Shown in pieces: positions 25,884 to 38,877 of a stretch of DNA of 54,571 bases. Made by a program: the position numbers and the translations under genes. The stretch is from Prorocentrum cordatum (taxonomy: Eukaryota): contig CAUYUJ010000229.1 of assembly GCA_963575745.1 (NCBI GenBank), positions 62,001 through 116,571 on the forward strand. The letters are read 5' to 3'. Positions within the stretch are counted from its first letter, which is position 1; every line of letters begins with the position of its first letter. The notes beneath the pieces were generated by a model, which saw only the letters and a program-made list of their open reading frames with translations, did not search any database and had not been told where the DNA came from.

Positions 25884-26076
25884 GGCGGCGAGCGAGGAGG
25901 GGAAGCGAGAAGGGGCGGGCCTGCTCAGCAGGCTCGGAAGTCCCCCGGCCTTCTGAGAAGTTTTCGAAGACTCCCCCGGAAGGCACAGAAGACGAGAAGG
26001 CTGCAGGGCTTCTGAGAAGTCCCGCCGCCTTCTGAGGACGCCTTCTCCCTCTCGCCTCCCCCCCTCGCTCGCCGCC
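25884..26076 (+). mobile_element. ~195-bp MITE-like element with TIR GGCGGCGAGCG, copy a
   Basis: GGCGGCGAGCGAGG...CCTCGCTCGCCGCC. Internal TTCTGAGAAG motifs are shared with copies b and c. Confidence 0.7.
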
Positions 26077-26153
26077 CATACTCGCTGCACACTCGTATTT
26101 TCGTTTCTGCTGACTCGGCCTCGGCCTCTCAGTGTGGGCTGTCGGTGTGACCA

Positions 26154-27734
26154 ATGGCCTGCGCACTCAGGCTGGTGTCGCTGATGCTGCTGAGGCTGTC
26201 GCCGCCGCTCGTGCTGGGCATGCAGCTCGAGGCGACGGCGCCGCGTGCCGCCGCGGCATCTCCGCGGGCTGCGGAGAGTAAGAGCGCGCTGCTGGTACTG
26301 GCAGGCCTGGCACGGCACTTCGAAGCCACGTGGCCGGCGTTAGAGCAGGCCGTTGTGCTGCCGAACGAGAGGGCCGGGTACACCTTCAAGATTGTTTTCC
26401 ACACCGATGCGGGACTGGAGTGCCACCGCGAGTCGCCGAAGTTTGAGAGGCGCAAGTGCGAGGAGCCGACCGACCCGACGGCTCACGCGGGTCGCATCAG
26501 GAAGCTGTTTGGCACCCGCGAAGTGAGCGTGATCCATGATAATACCACGTGTCTTGACCATGACCGGCTGGCCTGGCGGCCGTCCGACGGCGGCGTTGAG
26601 TTGGACGTGCCCCTCGGCAATGTCGATGATCTGCGGGGGGAGAGGCTTTGGCCTCCTTGCGACCCCTGGTTCGAGCGCGTGCATAGCGTGGTTGCAGCCT
26701 TCGTGAAGAGCGGGGTGCAGTTCGACAAGGTTGAGGAGGGGAGAATTGGCATAGACATAAGTAAGCGTATATTTACAGGAACGACGAAAATCCATAACAT
26801 ATGGATAAATATGGGGAGTCCTTGAATTTGTGTTTATTGACTTGTTCCTCCCTGGGTGCCTTTCAAAGGTGCTGGCGGTGCGGCCCGACATCGTCCTGCA
26901 CCCCGTCGTGGGCGAGGCCCCCGACCGGGGCTTGGACAAACCGCCTCTGCCGCCGCCAGCATCTCGGGGAGCAGACAATGATTCGGCGGCGAGCGCGGAG
27001 AGAAGTGAAAAGGGGCGGGGCTTCTTAGAAGGCTCGGAAGTCCCCAACCCTTCTGAGAATTTTTCTATGCCTCCCCCGAAGACACCACAAACCCTTTCAG
27101 AAGTCGTGAGGGTTTCTGAGAAGTCCCGCCGCCTTCTGAGAGGGTCTTCTTCTTCTCATTTCTCCCTCCGCTCGCCGCCAAGATGCAAACGTGAACTTTC
27201 GGAGATCCGCGCTGGTTTCTCGGATCGGCGCTGGAGCCCCCTGGCGGCGCCTGTGGCGCCGCCCCTGGCGCGCTCCGCGCGCCAGGAATGGTGGGGCCCA
27301 GCCCAGGAACTCCACACGGACCTCCGAACGTTTTTGTTCATATGTCATTCTTTGTTCGCCGATCGTCGCCCCCGCAGCTGCTGCTTGACAAGATGTGCGC
27401 GGAGAAACCGGGCTTCAGTTTCGTGACGCCTGCGTGGCGGAGAAAGTTCTGGCTGCACGATCGAGACACGGACTTCATCAACCTCTTGTGCCTGGGCGAG
27501 GAGCTCCCAACCTACGCAGAGGCAATCCGTTTGCCAATGGAGCCTTGCAGCAAATACTCGGCAGGCAAACATCCTCCGCTGCCGCCTGGGTTTCATTCGG
27601 GCCGCGGCTGGGACGCTAAATCGCTGTATTGCCGATTTGTGAAGACGTTTTACGAGCGCAACGTTTCCATCTATCATTGGGACGATTCCTACACGCTCGA
27701 TTGGCCTTCGGGCTTCCTGCACGACTTTCCGTAG
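26154..27734 (+). CDS. Host gene, 3 exons (26154-26729, 26869-26958, 27378-27734; ~340 aa). Secreted or membrane-anchored uncharacterised protein, glycosyltransferase-like
   Basis: Hydrophobic N-terminus, ALLVLAGLARHF, and FDK|VLAVRPD formed across a GT-AG intron. The second intron is GC-AG. Phase-0 joins keep the frame. The function is inferred from the motif pattern only. Confidence 0.7.
26985..27179 (+). mobile_element. GGCGGCGAGCG-TIR MITE, copy b, inside intron 2 of the host gene
   Basis: TIRs and interior are colinear with copy a. Confidence 0.7.
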
Positions 27735-28219
27735 CTTTAGCAAATCATTTGCTGAGATGCACAAGTGGAGAGAGTGCGAGAATGCATTTGTAGTCGCTGA
27801 TAGATCTATGTCGAAGGAGTGCGGAAAGTTTCGCCCGCTTCCACCCTTCCAGCGAAAGTTCGAGGGCATGCGTGAGCATTATTGTCAGCTGGCGCTGACG
27901 ACCGAGGCGACAGTCGGCCCCTGTACTTCGCTGGGCGGCCCATGTTCGTCGTTGGGCACTAGTAGCGCGATGACTGCTTGTAAAGGGTCACGGAGAAATA
28001 GTTTGGGCTGGGGCGTTTGGCATATATTGTGCAGTATTACTTGCATCATGCCAGGCTCGGTGAGTACCTTCTGAGTAAGCAACGTGCTCTGTCGCATGAG
28101 TAGCGATTCCACTGACTGTTGCCCATGCTGCCCAGTGTTGCCAACAGCAGGGGGAACAGGCTCCGGGCTCCGAAATCGAGGAATTGTCTTGGCGGAAAAC
28201 CCGACTATATGCAGGACTG

Positions 28220-28610
28220 GGTCACGCATGCGGCCGTTGCCACATGGGCCTTCGGTGGAGTTCTCTTTGGAACCACGAAGCGTTGGAGGAGTCTGCCAAA
28301 ATGAGCGAGGTCACGCATGCGGGCGCTGTCGTTGGGGCCTTCGGTTGAGCTCCCTACGGCCCGATGGAGCCACGAACCGTGTGAAGGGGGTTCCCGACGT
28401 GGGCGCGGTCACGAATGCGTTCGCTGCCACTGGGGCCTGCGGTGGAGGAGCTCCTTGTGGGTCCATCAAACGTGTGAGGGCTGCGCTGACATGGGATCGT
28501 TCACGCATGTGGGCGATGCCACTGGGGCCTTCGGCGGAGCTCCCCATGGGGCTACGAAACGTGTGAGGGGTGTGTCGGAATGGATGCGGTGACGCATGCG
28601 GGCGCTGTGG
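28220..28610 (+). repeat. ~90-98-bp tandem repeat (~4 copies; CACGCATG...GGGGCCTTCGGTGGAGCTCC...AAACGTGTGAGG)
   Basis: An ACG(C/A)ATG anchor recurs about every 90-98 bp. Confidence 0.8.
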
Positions 28611-28899
28611 GTGAGTCTTTCGTTTGAGCTCCCTTAGAGCGTGTTTCTTTATTGCTTGGGCCGTACCGCGCGTTATGGCCCCCCCGCCCCCCCATCAACG
28701 TAACGCTCTGGCCCCCAGTGCGTCCCTGGCACTGCTGCCGTGCGCACAGGGATCCGCATAGGAACCCGATTGGGGATCCGCATAGGCATCCGCACACATA
28801 TTCGCATAGGGATCCGCATGGGGATCGCATACCTCTTATACGCCATGTGGAGGCAACGACGCCTTCGCAGGCATGTGCTCGCCAAAACTCCCCGTCGCT

Positions 28900-29198
28900 C
28901 TTCGTTGTCGTCGTCGTCATCGTCGTCGCTCGTCATTGTCGTCGTCGTCGTCGTCGTCGTCGTCATTTTCGTCGTCGCCGTCGTCGTCATCGCTCGCGGG
29001 CGCTCGTCGTTGTCAAACGCCCTCGGATGCTTTCGAGGGCCTCTGGAGGTCTTCGGATGACCTCCGGACGGGCTCTGGAGGCTTGCAGAGGCCTCAGGAG
29101 ACCTCCGGAGGCCTCAGGAAACCTCCGGAGACCTCCGGAGGCGTCGTTCGTCGTCGTCGCCGTCGTCGTCGTCGTCGTCGTTGTCGTCGCTCGTCGTT

Positions 29199-29233
<35 letters not shown>

Positions 29234-29286
29234 GGTCGTTGTAGTCGTGGTCGCTCGTCGTCGTTGTCCTCGTCGTCGTCGTCGCG

Positions 29287-29320
<34 letters not shown>

Positions 29321-29344
29321 GCGGTGGCGTTGTTGTCGTTGTCG

Positions 29345-29409
<65 letters not shown>

Positions 29410-29530
29410 TGCCGTCGCTCGTCGTCGTCGTCGTCGTCGGTGTCGTCGTCGTCGATGCTGCCGTCGCTCGTCGCCGTCGTCGTCGCCGTCGTCATCGTCG
29501 TCGTCGTCGTCTTCGTCGTTGTCGTCGTTC
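28900..29530. repeat. (GTC)n microsatellite with an embedded CTCCGGAG repeat
   Basis: Directly visible. Confidence 0.9.
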
Positions 29531-29676
29531 GTCGTTGTGCGCGCGGTCGCTGTGGTGGCGCCGGAACCGCACGGCGGAGGTGGGGCGTTACCTTCTGCTT
29601 CCGCCCCCGCCCCCCCCCATTTCGCCCGTATCGCCGCGAATGGAGAAACGCGCTCCAGTTGGCGACGAAGCGTGAG

Positions 29677-29717
<41 letters not shown>

Positions 29718-30416
29718 CGATGGTGTTGATGCTGCTTCTGCTGCTGACGGTGGTGGTGGCGATGACGATGAGGACATGCGGAGGGCAGAAGCGAGGAGGG
29801 AAGAGGGATGAGGAGGATGAGGAGAAATCAAGGAGCCGAACGCAACAAGCGTCGCCCTTGATGTTTGCCTAACGCCAGAAATGAAGAGAGGAATGACGCG
29901 AGGCGCTGCGGATTTAGAAGGAGGACCCAGCACCACAGGATAGCTGCGGGAAAACATCTGCGCTGCTCGGACAAGGCAGGCGGCGTCCTACGTTGGTGCG
30001 ACGCGCGCTTCTTCTCGGATTTCCAGCATCGGTCCTCGATCCATGCGGTGTCTTGTTTCCAGTCCGATGCTTGCCGCTAGTCGGAGTTCGAGAGAAATGG
30101 GGCCAGTGACGGGAGTAGATGCCGCAGACTCGTTCTCCGCTGGTTGACGGTTCAATCAGACAGAAACTCGCTTCTGCGTCACAGTTACCTTCAGGTCAGA
30201 GCCCATATGTCAAAAGCTAGCGTAGTCATGGGATCTTACATAGCACGCGCGCAAGCTGGCCCTCGTAGGCCCCGACGCACAGCGAGCCCGCGCACATGCG
30301 ATGCCCATCCCCGCGTGCACGGGCGCACGCCTTTTCCGAGACGCCGTGCAATCGTGTACTTTGTAGCTCAATTCTCTACTTGCGTTTCGCTACAGGGTTA
30401 TGATCGTGTTGAAAAT

Positions 30417-30648
30417 GGTCGGCGAGCGAGGGGGAGAAATTAGAAGGAGAAGGCCTTTTCAGAAGGTGGCTGGGCTTCTCTGAAGCCCCTGCGACTTCGA
30501 GAAGTTTTCTGTGTCTTCGGGAAAAGCCTAGACGAGACTGCTCAGAAAGCCTTCCGAGAAGCCCCGCCCCTTCTCACTTCCCCCCCGAGGAGGAGGAGGG
30601 GGAGGAGGAGGAGGAGGAGGAGGAGGAGGAGGAAAAGGGCTCGCCGCC
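30417..30648 (-). mobile_element. GGCGGCGAGCG-TIR MITE, copy c (inverted, with a GAG expansion)
   Basis: GGCGAGCGAGG...GCTCGCCGCC. The interior resembles the reverse complement of copies a and b. Confidence 0.6.
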
Positions 30649-30782
30649 TAACCAAAAGGACCACAGAGGAGCTCCACCGGGGGCGGGTCGGGGATCCCGT
30701 GCCCGGGCCGGCGGCCCTGCCGCCAGAGGCCTCGCCACGAGTTCTAGTGTCCGCGGTCGCGCTCTCGCCTCCACGCTGGCTA

Positions 30783-30936
30783 CAGGGGGCCACATGCGAA
30801 CCCTACCCCTACCCCCCACGATTTCTGAGGGGGAGGGTGGGGTTCACTTCGTGTGGGAGCTCCCGAGCGAAGTGAACCCCACCCTCCTCCTCAGAAATCG
30901 TTGGGGGTAGGGGTAGGGTTTGCATGTGGCCCCCTA
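30783..30936. mobile_element. 154-bp palindromic MITE, copy 2, with 5-bp TSD GGCTA
   Basis: Near-perfect palindrome centred on GGGAGCTCCC. GGCTA at 30778-30782 and 30937-30941. Same length as copy 1. Confidence 0.9.
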
Positions 30937-32959
30937 GGCTACCTTTTCGGCTCGGGCGGCCACGATCCTCGGCAGGAAGTGCACCCGAGTGCACGTGGCC
31001 GTGCTCGCACGCCTGTCCACTCCAGTCCACCTCCGCGCAGTAGGGTTGATCGACTTCCCAGGAGTACCACTCGCATCCGTGCCTCGTCGGTGATCCCCAG
31101 CCCATCCCCAAGCACTTTCGGTGGCCAGCCCCGCGCGGAGAGCCTCGGCATGGGCGCCCAAGGCCTCTGCACCCTTTCCGCGCATCCTTACTACATGTGT
31201 GAACTGTATAGTCGACCTCCTACTCTTCGACCCGCCTCTTCACCTTTGCTGCCATTCGGGTGCTCTGCTGGGGTAATCTTGTGCGTGGAGGCAGTTCGCT
31301 ACGCGCACGCACGCGCGCGCAGGCGCACGCGTCGCGCGCCCGCCTCGGGCGCACCGGCCCGTGCCCTTCCCGCTGGCGCTCCGGAGGCGGGGGGGCCCCA
31401 CCCCACTGCAGGTTTGGCCCCTTCTCTCCTCTCCAGCCACTCGGCCCTCGCGGAGCGCCTGCGTCAGGGTCTCGGCAGAGGATGCTGTGGGGGCCGAGGA
31501 GGAGGAGGAGGAGGGGGAGGAGGAGGAGGAGGGGGAGGAGGAGGAGGAGGAGGAGGAGCGGAGGGCTTCTTGGAACGCTTCTCGTGGCGCGCGTGGTCCG
31601 TCCGCGAGTACTTGCGCGCGCCGCTGGCGGATCCTAGGGTGCGGGGCGGCCGAAAGGCATCTTGGCTGCACTCTGGCGTGTTGCCTGAATTGCTCTTCTC
31701 CGCGACGAGTGCCAACTGTGCGCGTTTCGGGGCATAATCACGGGTGCTTATTCGCTGGGGGAACTTCCTCACGTTTTGCGTATCGCCACCAGCCCATCCA
31801 GAAGCAGATCGCCAGGCGAATTGCCTTGATCAGAGAAGTTGAGACGAGTGCAGTAACAACTACCCTGTAAGCGTTTTCTCGGAGGCAGGCTATCTTGAAC
31901 CATCTTGAGGTATCTTGAGCCGTCTTGGAGGCCATCTTGCGCTCTCAGAGGCCCTCCTGGGGCCATCTTGGGCCATCTTGGACGCTCTAATCCCTCGGGG
32001 TCCTCCCCTCCCAGGTCCAGGTGGGGTAGACAGGGGAAGGGAGGGCAATTTGAAGATACAAGACAAACTTCGTTAAACCACCTACGCCCAGAGGGCTGGT
32101 GGGATTCCATTTAGTGCCACTTCGGGAACTGAGGCTGCTACCAATAGTTTGGCCGTCAGCACACGATCAGCGTGGATTACGAAGTCCAAGGCCTTCAGGT
32201 GTGTGTGTGTGTGTGTGTGTGTGTGGATACTTTCCCCTCTTGTCTCCATTCCCTGCGGTCTGCCCTCTTTTTTGGCCCCCTCCTCTCGAGTGGGCGTAAT
32301 TCGCACTGCTTCGTTCCAGTTTTGTTCGACGGTTCGGAGTTTTGCGTAGGTCCCGATGAGCGTAACAAGTGGCGTTTGCGTGCCAGGTGCACGGTGTCCT
32401 GCAGGTGGCCGCTGTGCACAGCCGCTTGCGGTCGCCTTGGCATTGGGGTGCCAGGGTGCCAGATCCGCCTTGATCGCGGCAGGGGATGATCAGGGGACCA
32501 AAACTGCCAGCGAGGGTGCTTAGGCTGTGTAAGTACCTGATGTGGCAGGCCGTGCAGCGAGAGTGACCCTTCGTTGCACGGGCAACAGGAGGAGCATCTG
32601 TTCACGAAGCGAAGTGGGCGCGATCTTTCCGTACATTTCGTATCTGCAGCGACGAAGTTAGGCGAACACGAGTGAGACATCGAGTGTTTAATGGGTCTGA
32701 TGACGAGAAGCACGCAATCATACGAGCCCGCTCCCTCCTCATCTCTGCCTCCCTGGCCCCCTGCTGATCCGCCCTCGTCGTGCTCCTCCTCCTACTCCTC
32801 CTCCTTCCCTTCTGTGTGGGCGGAAGGTATGTTTGCTTCTCCCCCCCAGCTTGCCTTCTCACCGTGAAGCTGTCGAGTACTACCTGAACTGACCTGACCC
32901 GACCTCTTTTCCACGCATCCGCCCCTCTCATCCTCTCATCCACTCTTCTCTGCTGTCTC

Positions 32960-34010
32960 TTCTTCTTCCTCCTCCTCCTCCTCTTCCTTCTCCTCCCCAT
33001 CCTCCTCCTCCTCCTCCTCCTCCTCCTCCTCCTCCTCCTCCTCCTCCTCCTCCTCCCCCTCCCCCCCCTCCTCCTCCTCCTCCTCCTCCTCGTCCTCGTC
33101 CTCGCCTTCGTCCTCGTCCTCGTCTTCCTCCTCCTCCTCCTCCTACTCCTCCTTCCTCCCCCCCTTCCTCTTCCCCCCTTCCTCCCTGACCATTCCATCC
33201 GCTTCGCCTCCCGCTCCTCCTGCCCTCCCTCCCCCCCGCCACGCCGCCACTGACAGCCGCCACATCCTGCGGCCTCCAGCGCTTTTGGGGCCGAAACCGC
33301 GAGCCTGAGCGGCTCGGCCCGCGGCCCGCGCGCGACGCCAGCGTGCGGAGACGCCGCGTGCTTCCACCGCGCGCTGGGCCCCTGCGCCCCCACCCCTCTT
33401 GCGGTCCGCCGTGCGGGCCCCAGGGCCTCGACGTCGGCCTTGCCTGTTCCGGGCGTGGGGATGCTCCAGCGCGTCGCCCCCCTCCGTGGGCCGACCTCTC
33501 CCTCTCTCTCTCTCTGTCCCTGTCTCTGTGTCTGTGCCTCTGTGCCTGTGTCTGTGTCTCTGTGCCTGTGTCTCTGCCTCTGCCTCCGTCTCTGTCCCTG
33601 TCTGTCTGTGTGCCTGTCTCTCTCTCTCTCTCTCTCCCTCTCTGCGTGCTTGCATGTCCCGTTTCGGACCCCCGACGCCGCGGGGCTCCATCGTGCAGAC
33701 GCCGTTCATGACCCGAGGGCCGCTGGGAGGGGCAGCATGGCCTCCGATGAGGGACTTACGGTCTCCGGCGCAGCCAGCCTGCAGGCGAAGGCGATCCTTG
33801 GTGCCGATCCCCCCCAGGATGGCGAGAATGAGGATGAGGATGAGGATGAGAAGGGGGGGATGAGGAGGAATAGGAGGAGGAGGAGGAGGAGGAGGAGGAG
33901 GAGGAGGAGCAGGAGGAGGAGGAGGAAGAGCTGGAGTGGGAGGAAGAGGAAGTGGAGGAGGAGCAGGAGGAGGATGAGGGGGAGGAGGAGGAGGAAAAGG
34001 AGGACAGGAA
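32960..34010. repeat. (CCT)n, (CT/GT)-rich and (GAG)n low-complexity tracts
   Basis: Directly visible. Confidence 0.85.
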
Positions 34011-34640
34011 ACGGAGGATTGATAAGACACATGTTGAAACTGTTCGTAATGAGAAGAATACGAATCATAATATTAAGGAGCGCAATGCTACGAATGCAGC
34101 AAGCATATTCACCAATACCAATAATCAGAAGACGCATACCAGTTAATATTATCACACCACAAACCAAAGAAATCACATACTGACATCACTGAGAGGACTA
34201 CTACTTGTAACAAGAGAACTGCAATTCATAACAATGGTATGACGAAGACTAATACTATTTCGAATAATATTCACAATGCCAATCATAAGAGCAACATTCG
34301 TAATACGAGTAATAACATTAATCTTCACTATGGTAACAACGGTATGTAATAATACGAGTGCGAACAGTAATCTTCAGTATTGTAGCAACAATAAGGAAAC
34401 TAATACTAATCATATTTCGAAACAAGATCATAGCAATGCAGGTGCTACTACTAGCAGTAATAACCATACTAATACAACGGGTAGTACGAATAATAGTACG
34501 ATACATCGAAGTAGGGAAATATGACCAAGCGGAGGAGGAACGTGAAGAAGAGGGGAGTGCGGGGACGCGGGGAAGATTGAACACGGGCCGCAGAGAGGAA
34601 CGATGATGAGGGGAAATATAAAGAGTAGCAAGCCGAGGGG

Positions 34641-35905
<1,265 letters not shown>

Positions 35906-36079
35906 GTGGCAAGGAAGAGCCGACGGTTCGATGGTCCTGCCGGACCTGCCCGAACCATGTCCCTGGGCCTCATGGGCTTGGACGAAGAAGAAGAGGAGCA
36001 GGAGGAGGACGAGGAGGAGGAGGAGGAGGAAGAGGAGAGGTAGGGTGAGGAGGAGGTGGAGGAGGAGGAGGGGGAGAAG

Positions 36080-36868
36080 GGATGATACTGATGATGATAC
36101 TGATGCTGCTGATTATGATGATGCTGCTGATGATCATTCTGATGCTGATGCTGATGCTGCTGATGATGATGATGACGAGAAAGGAGATGATGATGGTGGT
36201 GACGATGATGCTGAGCTGCTGTTTATGACTACGATGATCATTATGAGGATGATGCTTATGATGATGCTCATGATGAAGATGAATGTGAACCTGACGATCA
36301 TGACGACGAGGATGACGATGATGCTACTGCTGATGGTGAGCATGATGCCGATGTCGCTGCAGATGCCGATGCCGTTGCCGATTACGATGACGATTACGAT
36401 GACGATGAGGATGATGAGGATGATGATGTTGCTGCTGATGATGATAATGATGATGACGATGCTGATGACGATGACGACGACGATTGAGATGATGATGATA
36501 ATGCTGATGTTGCTGTGGATGATGATGATGATGACGGCGATAATGATGACGAGGATGACAATGCTGCTGATGATGCTGATGATGATGCTGATATTGCTGA
36601 TGATGGCGATGATGCTAATGACGATACTGCTGATGCTGCGGATGATGCTGATGATGGTGCTGATGCTGATGATGCTCATGCTGCTGATGGTGATGACGAC
36701 GACGATGATGCTGATGCTGATGACGATGATGGTGGTGCTGGTGATCATGATAATGATGATGATGCTGATGATGATGCTGATGATGATGATGATGCTTCTG
36801 TTGTTGGATGATGATGATGCTGGTGATGATGCTGATGCTGATGATGACGATGACGACGATGATGATGG

Positions 36869-36901
<33 letters not shown>

Positions 36902-36993
36902 CGATGATGATGATGATGATGATGATGAGTATGATGATGGTGATAATGATCACGATGATGCCGACGATTGAGATGATGATGATGCTGCTGATG

Positions 36994-37026
<33 letters not shown>

Positions 37027-37347
37027 GTGGTGCTGATGATGATGATGATGATTTTGACGATACTGACGATGCTGATGATGCTGATTATGATAGTGCTGCT
37101 GATGATGATGATGATGATGATGAGGTTTGGGTCGGTGATGATGATGACGATGAGGACGATGACTAGGAAGATGATGCTGTTGATACTGATGATGCTGATG
37201 ATGCTGATGATGATGGTGATACGTCGGCTGCTGCTACTACGGAATATTATGATGCTGCTGCTGATGATGATGCTGCTGCTGATGATGATGCTGATGCTGA
37301 TGATACTGCTGATGAAAATGATGATGATGCTGCTGACCATGCTGACC

Positions 37348-37407
<60 letters not shown>

Positions 37408-37453
37408 TTGATGATGCTACACATTATGATGAGTATGATGATGATGCTGATGC

Positions 37454-37506
<53 letters not shown>

Positions 37507-37598
37507 ATGATGCTGATGACGATGATGATGATGATGCTGATGATGATGCTGATGACGATGATGACGATGATGATGTTGATGATGATGCCGATGATGAC

Positions 37599-37637
<39 letters not shown>

Positions 37638-37638
37638 T

Positions 37639-37716
<78 letters not shown>

Positions 37717-37737
37717 ATGATCATGATGATCATGATC

Positions 37738-37805
<68 letters not shown>
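36080..37805. repeat. ~1.7-kb degenerate (GAT)n microsatellite
   Basis: Directly visible. Confidence 0.97.
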
Positions 37806-37999
37806 CTTGGGAAGGATTAGGAGGATGAGCAGGAGGAGGAGAACGAGGAGGATGATGAGGAGGAGGATACTGCAGAGGAGAAGAAGGAGTGATGATAAGT
37901 CGGAGGAGGGCGAGGATGAAGATGAGGATGAGGGGAAGGCGACGTCCGCAGCCGACCTGCCTACCGAGGGCGTGCTGGCGGCGTTGAGGTGGCCCGCTG

Positions 38000-38024
38000 G
38001 CCGCCGCCGCCGCCATCGCCGCCT

Positions 38025-38072
<48 letters not shown>

Positions 38073-38206
38073 GCGTCGCCCTCACCGTCGCCCTCGCCCT
38101 CGCTGTCACCGTCGCCGTCGCTACCGCCGTCGTCGTCGTCGTCGTCGTCGTCGACGCCGTCGCCGCCTCCGTCGTCGTAGTCGTCGTCGTCGCCGTCGCC
38201 GCCGTT

Positions 38207-38243
<37 letters not shown>

Positions 38244-38404
38244 TCGTCGCCGCCGTCGTCGTCGTCGCCGTCGCCGCCGCCGTCGCCGCCGCCGCCCTCG
38301 TCGTCGTCGCCGCCGTCGTCGTCGTCGTCGTCGTTGCTGTTCTTCTCGGCGTCGTCGTCGTGCTCGCCGCTGTAGCCGCCGCCGCCGCTTCCGTCGTCGT
38401 CGCC

Positions 38405-38455
<51 letters not shown>

Positions 38456-38536
38456 CCATCGTCGTCGTCGTCGTCGTGGCCACCGCTTCCGTCGTCGTCG
38501 TCGCCGTTGCCAGTGCTGTCGTCGTCGTTGTCGTCG

Positions 38537-38567
<31 letters not shown>

Positions 38568-38629
38568 CGTCGCCGCCGCCGCTGCTTCCGTATTCGTCGT
38601 CGTCGTGCCGTCGTCGCCGTCGCCGTCGT

Positions 38630-38661
<32 letters not shown>

Positions 38662-38707
38662 TCGCCGCTGCCGCCGTCGCCGTCGCCGTCGACGCCGTCG
38701 CTGCCTC

Positions 38708-38756
<49 letters not shown>

Positions 38757-38764
38757 GTCGTCGT

Positions 38765-38796
<32 letters not shown>

Positions 38797-38860
38797 CAGC
38801 CGCCGCTTCTGTTGTCATCGTTGTCGTCGTCGCCGTCGTCTTCGTCGTCGTCGTCGCCGT
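38000..38860. repeat. (GTC/GCC)n microsatellite
   Basis: Directly visible. Confidence 0.95.
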
Positions 38861-38877
38861 CACCACTTTGGCTCAAG
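38857..38877 (+). other. Relic of the dinoflagellate spliced leader
   Basis: CCGTCACCACTTTGGCTCAAG versus SL CCGTAGCCATTTTGGCTCAAG: 18/21 match, with the 3' 11 nt identical. It sits exactly at the microsatellite/LINE junction. Confidence 0.8.

Noticed and set aside
27757..27900. Short ORF (GKFRPLPPF...YC) faintly resembling the host gene's C-terminus (GKHPPLPPGF...YC)
   Set aside because: Too short to judge by eye and could be chance. It needs a significance test.
30905..30922. Telomeric repeat (TAGGG-like)
   Set aside because: Only 2-3 imperfect units within the palindromic MITE arm; not a TTTAGGG array.
29880..32750. Possible additional exons in unique sequence
   Set aside because: No ORF with recognisable motifs or a consistent splice model.
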